Part shown: piece by piece, positions 24,936 to 35,780 of the stretch
Layout of the letters: every line of letters starts with the position of its first letter
Numbering within the stretch: the stretch's first letter is position 1
Assembly: GCF_009914755.1 (NCBI RefSeq)
Contig: NC_060930.1
Direction: 5' to 3' (one strand)
Length of the DNA stretch: 64,000 nucleotides
Origin: the human T2T-CHM13v2.0 reference genome, Homo sapiens
Notes under the pieces: generated by a model
The model's database searches: none
Told to the model about the DNA's origin: nothing
What the model saw: only the letters and a program-made list of their open reading frames with translations
Translations under genes and position numbers: made by a program

Positions 24936-27900
24936 TTATTTTGTTGAGCACAAAGTCCAAATTCTCTGTTACTTAAATATATCAAAATAGGAAGAAAGCC
25001 ATTGAGTCAGGCCCAAGGATCAAACACACAACTCCACTGTCCACTTTTCAACGTGGTGTGTCAACGCTGGCCTCATCCTGCAGCCGCGGTGACGGTGAGC
25101 CTCGGCGGTGCTCTGTTCTGATTTTGTCAACTCTGCCGATGTGGTTTCCTTTCTATATGGCTCACAGGTTTGTGAAGCTGCAGAACTTGGGCTAAAAACC
25201 TGGGATTGATGTGGGGATCCTGCATCATTTTTCCGTAGGTTGAAGGGAACAAGTTAAAAGGAAGATGCAAGTCATCAGAATGAACAAGCCAACAAGAGGA
25301 CAGAGACTCCAGAAACCTGGGGAACTACAGATTCTCGGGTCCAGCCTGGGGGTAGTCTAAAAGGAAAATCACACAGAACTTACCTAAGAAAGTCCAGGTG
25401 AACGGTGAAAACTCCTGCTCCCATGATTAAGTAGAAACTAGGAGAAAACATTAATAAGTGACTGGCAGGTGACTGATGATGTGGGGTGATTCTCAGAGTA
25501 TGAACAGTGACCTGAGTTCAGTCCCAGATGATACTCAGAGTGATGGCAGAGGGGATTTCTGGAAGTCACTGCATCAACAAAGAGATATTTGACTAAACTT
25601 ATGCTTGGCATATTGAGATGGGAAAATAGCTGACAAAAAGTTTTCTGGCTAAACATGAATTAGCCAGAAATAATAACTAAATTATATCATTTCTATAATG
25701 AAAATAAAATCCTTTTGCAGTTTTAGCATAGTAAAATAAATAAAAAGGAAGCCAATACTCATGATAAAGCATTTTGCTAATGGCCTAAGAGGGAAAGTTA
25801 GTTTAGAAATGTGAAAACAGCTGGAGTCTTTGGTAATTAGTTTCTCTTGCTGTTCTTTATTGTAACTTTCATCAGTGACAGGCATTTAAATTCTGAATGC
25901 ATAAGCCACATTTTAGAATGGGCCCTGCATCACTTTTTAATTAAAAAAAAAAACAAAAAAACCTACATTTCCAAGAGAGGGGAACTTCTTCCTGCATCCT
26001 AGAGGAACTCTCTGGAAAGTATAGAGCTGATCACTTCCTGTCTTAACTTTGAACTGAGTGAATTACTTTTCTATCCTTTCTAACATGACAGCTCTCTGGC
26101 ATTCCTGCCAGTAATAACTTTCTTGGAGACTTACAAATAAAAGACAGACATAACTCTTTCCCAGTGTTTTAAATAAATGTATTGTTTTTCTCCATAAAAA
26201 TGGAACCTGATTATCTCTCCAAACTCCATTTCTAGAATTTTGAGAAACTAAAATTTGGCATTCAGGACACATGAGCTCCTCCAGATTTGAAAGGGGTTTC
26301 AAAGGCTCCAAACCTGCCTCATCTGTCAGAGTTTTGGACAAATGCATTTCATTTATCTTCCTAGAGTTCCCAGAGGATTCTGGAGTTGCTACATGAAAGA
26401 CGTGTTGGGATTCTTGAATACAAGGCACGGAGGGCCAAGGATTTTCTTCTGTTCTCCATATTGCCAGAGGAAGTGACATGGATTTGCCAGTATTGCAGGT
26501 TTTAACATCTGCATTCTGTTTATGATTTTGTTGCTTAGGAGATCTGGCTAAGACATTTGGCCCCTTTGACTTTTGTTCCTCATCTGTAGAATGGGAATAA
26601 TTAAGTCTGCTTCTTGTCTGCCATTCTTGCAGCGGACGATGGTGGATAAATGAACATGCTTTCAAACTTTTGAGTTCTGACGAGCAGTACTCTCAACAAA
26701 GTGGAAAGTGAAAAACAGGTTCTTTAGTAGCAAATACTTCTTAAAGGAAGTATGTCAGCTTCGAGTGTAAATTTTATTCTTTGGATAATCTTAGAATTAG
26801 TGGTATGTAGTGTTTATTTTCTTTTTACTTTAATTTTCACTGCAGTTCCCTAACAGTGATTCCTATTTACTTAATCATTTGCAGCTGCTCTGCTCACCTG
26901 TTTTTCTGGACCCAGGAGCAGTCCCTCAAGAGTTTTATTATAATTTCCTTCTAAGTCCTTAAACCAGGAGGAATGTGTTTAAGTGCTTAATAGATTCCCT
27001 GGGCTTTGGAATTTTAAGGAGAATTCTGAGAGTAGCCCTCCTTCAGGAAAAGGTGCATTTCTTTCCCGTCTTTCCGTGGCCCGACGGACATCACTTTCCT
27101 GATAAAATTGTGTGGGAAAGGTTGCAATAGCATTGCCTTTGCCTCAGCAGCCAGTCCCAGAACTTGCTGATACAGCCCCCTCCCCCAAAGTTCATAGCCA
27201 AAGCAGTGGGCTAGACATCGGATGAAACCTCAGATTTGGATTTTCTGTGTTTTGTGCTTTTCCCAATGCCCCTGACAAGTCAATTGATTCATTGTTCTTG
27301 AACAAATCTTCACTCTTCTGGCTTTCTGTGTGAGACAGAATTAGGGCTTTTTCCTGTAAAGTTATAAGCCAAGGCTAAACTATGTCAGCAATGTTGTCTG
27401 CAGTGGATATTATCCAGAGTCTGGGTGTGCAAAAATTTCCTGGTTTCCAACGTAGTCTTCGTGGGTGAGTTTACAACCTCCACAAGCCCTGTGCTCCCCG
27501 CACAAACACCTGAAATGCTTTGACAGAGCTGTTTAAAAACAGCCACATGTGTCTGTGAATGATGCCCAACCACATGCTCCCCCGACTTGAGAGGATCAAG
27601 GCTACAGCCCAGGTCAGACCCCGGATCTTTAGGACCTAAATTCCCCCATCCCTGCAGTGGATAACCCCGTGTAAAGATGCCAAAGGCGGGCTGCCCCCGG
27701 CGCAGCCTTTCCTGGACATGTGTTCCCAGCTGCCTTTGCTGGAGCGCCGCTGATCCTTCAGCACCTCTGAGAGGCAATGTTCTGGGCTGGACCAGGGGGC
27801 CTTAGAGGGCAGAGGTCAAGGAGAACCCCGGAGTCTGGGGACCGGCCAAGGCTTGGCGTTAACCTTTGTGGATGAAAAGTCCCGCTGGGCTGATCCTGCG

Positions 27901-28284
27901 CGGACCGGGCCTGGACCCTGGGGCGTGAGGAGGGCGCGGTGCGTCCCGTGGTTGTGCTTGGAAGCCCCCCGAGGGTGCGCGCGCGTGGGTATGAGTGCGT
28001 GCGTGTGCCTGGGTGTGCGTGTGTGTAAGTGTGCACGTGTGTGTGTGAGAGTGCGCGCGGGGAAGGAGGCACAGAGACAGCCCGGACAGGCCACTGCGCA
28101 GCCCTGGTGGCCCCCGCTCCACCTCTCGCTCCGCAGACCCGCGCCAGGGAGGCCTCTGGGCCGCAGCGGGCACCGGAGCGGAGCGGGCGCGGCAGCGGGC
28201 GCTGGGAGGTGGGGCTGGGGGAGGAGAGGGGGAGGGAGAGAGGCGGGCGGGAGGGGAGGATCCGGGAAGCTCCGGGGTATTTGA

Positions 28285-28494
28285 CAGGAGCGAGGGCGGA
28301 CGCAAAGAACGCGGAGGACCTCTGGGTGCCTGCAGGGGAGCTGCTCCAGCCGGGCCGCCGGGAGCGGTGGGGAGAGCATCGCGGAGCCGCCCCTCCACGC
28401 GCCCGCCCAGCCGCGCTCGCCCACTGGGCTCTCCCGGCTGCAGTGCCAGGGCGCAGGACGCGGCCGATCTCCCGCTCCCGCCACCTCCGCCACC
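28285..28494 (+). other. SMOC2: SMOC2 5' UTR (TSS position approximate)
   Basis: GC-rich, ATG-free leader ending in Kozak GCCACC before ATG 28495; the 5' boundary cannot be determined from sequence. Confidence 0.6.
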
Positions 28495-28578
28495 ATGCTG
28501 CTCCCCCAGCTCTGCTGGCTGCCGCTGCTCGCTGGGCTGCTCCCGCCGGTGCCCGCTCAGAAGTTCTCGGCGCTCACG
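28495..28578 (+). CDS. SMOC2: SMOC2 coding exon 1 (signal peptide, 28 codons, phase-0 intron follows)
   Basis: GCCACCATG; translation MLLPQLCWLPLLAGLLPPVPAQKFSALT is the recognised SMOC2 N-terminus; donor ACG|GTAAGC at 28579 (c.84+1). Confidence 0.96.
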
Positions 28579-30944
28579 GTAAGCCCGGGCCCGCGGGACC
28601 TGGAGCTCAAGTGGTGCCGCCTCTTGCAGCCGGCCGGGTTCGGGTCCCCGCGCCCCGCTCCAGGCCCAGGCGCCTGGGCACGGGGAGCAGGTGGCCCCGG
28701 GGGCCGTGGAGCCTTCGCCTGCCGGCGAGGCTGGAGCAGGTAGGACGCAGCGTGCGCGCCTGGGACCCGGCTGGGATGGGCTTCTGGGGACCCTGCCCGC
28801 CGGGGTCCTGCTGCGGCTGCGACGGGCTCCTCGGGTTCCACCCGGCTGGGACCCCACCTGCCTCGGGGGCTCTGACCCGGCTGTGAGAGGATCCTGGGGT
28901 CCTGCAGACCCCGGACAAGTGGGAGCTGCGGGTGCGCTCGGGTGTCCCGCACTCACTGCTGGGCCTGAGCCTGTGGGGAACCAGGTCTGGGAGCGCCGGC
29001 GCCGCCCCGCGGACTGTCCCAAGGCCAAGACAGACCCGCCGGGACTGGGCGCCCACCTCGCCCACGGGGACCCGGCCTGGAGCGTGTTCTCCCGACCGCT
29101 TTGGGCTCGTGCGCCGCGCGGATCCCGGGCCTCTCGCCGGCTGAAGGGGCTGCCAGTCGTGGGCCCCACTCGTGGGTCTGACTCTCCCAGAGACCCTCGT
29201 AAGTGAGCCGAGGAAGAAGCAGATGAGGTTACAGATGATTCTTCACGGGCCTGAGTGTTATTAGAGAAGCGCTTTCTTCCCTTCTCAGGACAGAACTGGA
29301 GGCAGGCGGCGGCTCCCCGCTCTGCGGGGCCTCTGGGTTCTTCCTCGTGGCAGGGATGCTGCGCTCCTGAGCGCGAGGGTCACCGCGGTTGACCGCTGTG
29401 TGTTTTTCTTTCTGAGCTGTAACTTCTATGCGACAGCCTTGGCCCGGCCAACGCACGCGGTGTCAAACGAGGAGCTATGTAGAGGGGGCTGAGCCAAGCC
29501 CCCGCCGGCCAAGCCAACCCGCGGCGGCCGCTGGGCCAAGGCCGGGTGTCTGCAGCCCCCAGCTCCAGCCGTCCTCCTGGGCTTGCAGGGTTTGCAAACC
29601 CATCATTAATGCAATCGCCAGAAACGAAAACATTCCACTTAAATGTGTTTTTGAACAAGTGTTTGAGAAAACACGAAGGTAGTGAGAACGCCTCTGGTGG
29701 ACAGCCGTCTTTTTTAAGTGGCCGGGGACTTGTCCTAAAGGTGTTTATTGTATTGAAAATAAAGATGGTTGAAATAAGCTGTGGTCGGTTCTGCCTTTCA
29801 GCAAATTTAAAACAGTCATGTGGGCATCTTTTCTTTTTCTTTTTCTTTTTCTTCGTCTTCTTTCTTTTGCGTTTTAGCAGTGTGAAGGATGGTTTGTGAG
29901 TTCATTGCTCATACCTCAAATTCTTCTGCAGCAGCCCGGGGTCCCTGCCTTGTGTCTCACAAATGACTTGTAGATTAGAAACTGCTAACTGGGGCTCCAA
30001 GGAGGTTTTCACACACTCAGGCTTTCCCTGAAGATCCTTTATCTCCCCAGAGGGGGCCCTCAGAGGATACTCACTGGAGGCATTCATGTATATGCACATC
30101 TGTACATGCATCTAGACATAAATATACTCACGTATACACTCACAAAAAGACCCCCCACATACTCTTAAAGCACACTAGAGGAGACAGAGAAACTAAGGCC
30201 AATTCTCCAAAGGAGATCATAGCATTTTCTTCCAGGACTGTAGCAGCAGGTACCTACAGTTGCCACGGATTTTCAGATTTTCTGAAAGCGCAAAAAGTAG
30301 AGACTGCCATCTGCCTGCTGCCCTGTGTGTGTGGGGGGTGGGGTTGGGCCTGTTGGTCCCCCCTGGAAGAGCAGAATCAAGGTAGTTAGTAATTAGAACA
30401 GTTTAAGACTCGGCAGGTTTTCTTGTCTTCTCTCCCCTGTCTCATCTAACTATTTACTTGAACCCTCTCACCTTTTGCCCCCTTGAGGTTGCCCCAAGGA
30501 TGTCTTGGGTTGCGGTGAGACCCGCTGCATGTGGGGTCTCTGTGCAGGAGCTGATACCCCACGTGGGCTTTGCCCTGTTGGCTGCATTCCCCAAGAACAG
30601 TTTGCCTGAAATTTACATTTGCAAATAAAATCAGTATCCCGAAGAAAAGATTAAAGCCATAACACATTTTGGCACACTTCTTCTCACCCCACCCCCAGTC
30701 TAGAAAATCAAGAAGTAGTTGAGTTACAAAGTAACTGAGGCAGGCCTGAAATCTGACTGGTCGCTGGGAGATGTGAGATGTGCAGGATTTTTCAGTGTGC
30801 TCATCTCTTTTCAAATTGCCTTCTGGTTTTTGGAAATCTCTTTTGTCTCCGGAGGCCCTCATTCAAAGAAGGGCCTTCTCTCCCTACGATTTGCATCCTA
30901 CCTACTTTAATAAATCAAGAGGCAGTATCAGTCCATGCAGTGGG

Positions 30945-31075
30945 TGGGACCCACAGCTTAGGGTCTTGCTGGATGTGTGACTTCAGGCAAGTTACTTAAT
31001 TTCATAATCTTCAGTCCCCTTATCTGTAAAATGAGAATACATAATCTCTTTCAAGCATGTGGTGAGGATTAAAGG
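30945..31075 (+). mobile_element. MIR
   Basis: TGTGTGACTTCAGGCAAGTTACTTAA..CTTATCTGTAAAATGAGAATA..GTGAGGATTAAA. Confidence 0.75.
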
Positions 31076-33164
31076 TAGGGCTTTTAATTCGCCTACTATA
31101 TGTGAGTTCTCCAGCTAACATTGTTTTGATGGTGCCCATGCCGTGGGTCCGTATAAGAGAGTGCTATCAATTGATACCGTAATTATCAATGCATATAGCG
31201 TTGTGGCATTAAGGTGTGTGTGGATTCAACTTTGCAGTATTTTCACCTGCCGCAGATTCTCAGAGCACACCACTTGGCTCTGGGTGTATCTGTGGACTTT
31301 GTGGGAGTAGCCATGTGGGACTCTATAGACCAAGGAGGAAAGCTTGCCTCTCTGCCTCCTTCTACTCCATTCATTTCTTCTCATCTAGAAGCAGGGAAAT
31401 ATGTCAGCCTCTCTGGGGCTTTCAGTTTGCCATACCTGGCTTCTCAGGACCACGCATTTGTCTTACTCACCTATGGTGAGTGTGCTTTCTTGGTGGGTCC
31501 AGCATTGCTGGTGTGCTCACCTCTGCTACTTTATGTTTAAGATTCAGAGAATCCACTTTGTCTGGTAATGATCTCTCTTCTTTCCACCAAAGTCATTCTT
31601 TAGAAATGGCACCATGAGGCCCTCTGTGTCTCTCATTGTGACTTTCTGATGGCTTTGCACAACTTCCTGGTTATTGCTCAGACCCTCTCACCTCCAGTCA
31701 ACAATGGCATTCTTAAGTGTGTCCAATGCGCTCTTAATTTGGATGCAGGTCAATTTCTTCCTTGAAGAAGGAGGTACATTGAATGCCACACCGTGCCCAT
31801 TTTCCTTTTTATTTCTGTGAATGACTGAGATGAGGGAATGATCTCTAGTATAAATGGTTTTTATTACACATAATTCTGTTTTCAAAGAGCAAACAGGCGT
31901 GATCACAATTACTCAACTTTATCATGGTTGTCATTATATGAATTTTGATGGACTGATCCATAAGCCCATACCTAGGTGATTTCTTTAAAGGCAGAGAGAA
32001 GAACAATATTGCCTGGGACCCCTTTCCCAGAAGTTTTTGGTTAGAGCCAAAGTATTCATTCCCATGTTGACTAAATCATATTTTGCTCACACTTAGAATG
32101 TTGAAGTCACATTACCATCCTTCTCAGACTTCTCTTACTGCCAATACCTAACGCTCCCCTAAGGTCATACGCACGACTTCGTTAAAGGTACCGTTGTCTC
32201 CACATTCAAGAGATGAGGAAACTGAAGTTTTGAGAGACTCTGAAGGGCACCTGGTCACTAAGCAGATCCGAATATTTCTCAAGTCATCCTGCCATTATTT
32301 TTCTTTCTTCGTGGGAGTTCCCTGCACTGTTTTTTGCACTGTCTTCAGGAACTTTACAATTCCACACTGCCGTTTCACCTCTCAGACTGTAGTTGACTTT
32401 CATCCTGAATCCTCATCTTCTCACAGAGGGTCTGGCACCTGGTAAATGCCTCTTATTGGTCTTGTGGAATGCATGACCACAGACCTGAAACAGTTATTTC
32501 CCACTCCTATTTGTGTTTATTTGCTTTGAAAGAGAAGAAAGGTGATAAGAAAACAATATTTAGCCATGTGTAATTTTTTTAAAGTTTCATTAGCAAGTTC
32601 ATGAGATGATTTAATATTGATTTTGCTGAAACAGCCAAAATAAAAATGCTATTCCATTTCTGAGCAGTTGTGGTTTGGAATGCGTACCTCATCCTGTTTT
32701 GATATAGTTCTCACTCAGCCTTGGATCTTCAAGGGAATTACTGTGATTTTTTTTCCTTTCTTCTTCCATTGCAAATGCCTTGAGTCCATTTCATGCTCTG
32801 GGAGGGCTTCTACTGCATTCCCCAGTAGAAGACGGACCACGAAGGTGGTTAAGGAGGAGAGAACTAAACATAATCAAAATTTTCCAACTTAGAAGCCCAT
32901 TTACATGGCGTCTAAAAACCCAAACATCTGGAAGAATCACTTTAATTTTGCTGTGAAATCAAGACCGTAAATAACACTATAAGCAATTGCAGTCCCTAAC
33001 AAGACCATGCAGCCAATGGGCATGGATGTAACGTCAGTTGCAATGGCTCAGAACCGAACAGATTTCTCAGTAATTCTATATCAAAATAAGCCTTCTTGCC
33101 AATCCAGGATCTTAGAATGGGGATTGTTATTAAGATTGTCAGCAGAACATTGGTTTGGAGGTCA

Positions 33165-33615
<451 letters not shown>

Positions 33616-34194
33616 TTATGTTTCTCCAATTGATGGCATTGAGTAATAGAGCAAGATCCCAGCATTAGTCATTGTGTGTCTGTAACATATGTACAACAGT
33701 TAATATATTGGATATTTAACTGTAGCTCACAAGAGGGAAGATTTATAATATGAATTAATATTTTTGTTGATTCCTAATTTCCTATGGGCTAAAAAGAAAT
33801 TGCTCTGAAAGTGAAAATAACAGACATTCTTATGTGGTTTTGCAGTTCCAGGCCAGACATCAAATAGCAAAGATTGTAATAAAACAAATAAAGAGAACCA
33901 AGTAAAATATGAAATCACATTTATATGTTTAGGGTTAAAAAATTACAAATGAAAATTTTATAATATCTGGCTTAATTTAACTAGATTTTTCAACACAGAG
34001 AGTCTCAGAATGACTTCTTTTTGATGAACCACGATTTTATTTTGATTTTTATTATGTATGACATAATGTGGCATATCCACCAATTAAACTGTCACTTAAG
34101 AGAAGGCAAATGTCAATATAGCATGTCCAGGCTACGTTCTCCTTCAGCACATATCTCTGCCCACTTTACGGTCTTCTTCCCCGTGGTCATCTAT

Positions 34195-34452
34195 TTGTTT
34201 TCTTTTTTGAGACAGGGTCTTGCTCTGTCCCATAGGCTGGAGTGCAGTGGTGCACTCTTGGCTCACTGTAACCTCTGCCTCCTGGGCTCAAGCGATTCCC
34301 CTGCCTCAGCCTCCTGAGGAGCTGGGACTATAGGCACACGCTACAACGCCTGGCTAATTTTTTGTATTTTTTTTTTTAGAAATGAGGTTTTGCCATGCTG
34401 TCCAGGCTGGTCTCGAACTCCTGAGCTCAGGTGATCCACTCACTGTGGCTGG
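34195..34452 (-). mobile_element. AluJ-like with an internal deletion near its 5' end
   Basis: GAGACAGGGTCTTGCTCTGT..GCTCAAGCGATTC..GGTGATCCACTCACTGTGGCTGG; the CCTCCCAAAGTGCTGGGATTACAGG segment is missing. Confidence 0.88.
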
Positions 34453-35433
34453 TCATCGATTTTCTTTCTCTTTTATGCTTCTGCCCAAATTAGAAGAAAC
34501 TTCCTTTGCTTCTCCTTTTACCAAGATACTGACCGTGGATGCTGCTATTTCTATTTTAGCACCAGCTGAGACTCCCTGAAGGGTTTTCTAGTTTCTGTTC
34601 CTCACACTCCTTCCTTCTGCTAAAGTGTGGGTGCCCTGGGCCCTGCCCTAGAGCCAGCTGCATCATCTCTCACTGTTCCTATCCCTGCCCTAGCCCCCAG
34701 CCGAGGGCAGACATTTTTGGGGGGAAAGGGGTAGGCAAACTCTTAACATTTGAGGTTCTTAGAAAAGAGTCTTCCAATAATAACAAAGTTTCTGAAGGTG
34801 GAAGAGTTGTAGGTAAACACGATGGCCTGTGGTGTGTTTGATCAGGGGTTCAGAGCCCTTGAGTGCAGGTCACCATTAGGCCCATCTCATTTTGGATACC
34901 GAGTCTGCTGGATTTTAGTCACTTCTTAAAGGACAAGTTCACCAGTTTGTTGGCAAAAAAAAAAAAAAAAATGCTGTGGTATGTAAGTTGACCTTGCCTG
35001 CGTCAGGGTGTTTTGTTTATCTCTTACTCTGTTCAGTGATCAGTGAAGGCGCTAGAATCAAATAAATCCACCCTGCATACCAGCTGGGTGTCACCATGGA
35101 CATTTGATTTCTTCTTGGGATTAGGGACATTGACTCCTGAAGGCTTTCCCTGCCCAGGTCAGGGTTGTCCCATGTATCAGCCCACAGTGGACCAGGAAGA
35201 TGGTAGGCATTCTCCCACATCAGGCCCAAACCGACCTGCGATTTGTGACTAGGATTAGTGGTGAGTTGATGATATTGAGGGCTGAGTTGTGAAGGAGCAA
35301 AATCCTCCCACAGAAGAGACTCTTTCAAATTCTCTGCCATGAAAGCAACATTGTGCTGGACTTGAGCAGCCCTCCTGGTGGTGACCTGGGCTTTCAGGAG
35401 CAAAGCAGAAGGTGTGGAACCACTCCCAGGAGG

Positions 35434-35780
35434 CTGGGGAGGAGGATGGCACTGGGGAGGAGGATGGCGCTGGGGAGGAGGATGGAGATGGGGAGGAGGA
35501 TGGCAATGGGGAGAATGGAGATGGGGAGGAGGATGGCAATGGGGAGGACGATGATGGGGAGAAGGATGAGGATGGGGAGGAGGACGGAGATGGCAAGGAA
35601 GATGGGGATGAGGAGGAGGACGGGGATGGTGAGGATGGTGATGGGGAGGAGGATGAGGATGGGGAGGAGGACGGAGATGGGGAGGAGGACAGAACTGGGG
35701 AGGAGGATGGTGATGGGGAGGACGATGATGGGGAGGAGGATGGTGATGGGGAGGATGGTGATGGGGAGGAGGATGGTGCT
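35434..35780. repeat. Purine-rich 18-bp minisatellite (GATGGGGAGGAGGATGGN), ~19 units
   Basis: Recurrent GGGGAGGAGGATGG; translates to EEDGDG repeats. Confidence 0.9.

Larger units (their letters stand above)
27830..29560 (+). promoter_or_regulatory. SMOC2: CpG island / SMOC2 promoter and first exon region
   Basis: Very high GC and CpG density, GC boxes (GGGCGG), no clear TATA box, surrounds the start codon. Confidence 0.9.

Noticed and set aside
28495-28743. 82-aa ORF as a complete protein
   Set aside because: Only the first 28 codons are exonic; the rest is read-through past the GTAAGC donor.
27816-29206. Long ORFs across the CpG island (436 aa minus, 285 aa plus, 226 aa minus and others)
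   Set aside because: Pro/Arg/Gly/Ala-rich frames are expected from stop-codon scarcity in very GC-rich DNA; no recognisable domains. The real CDS is 28495-28578.
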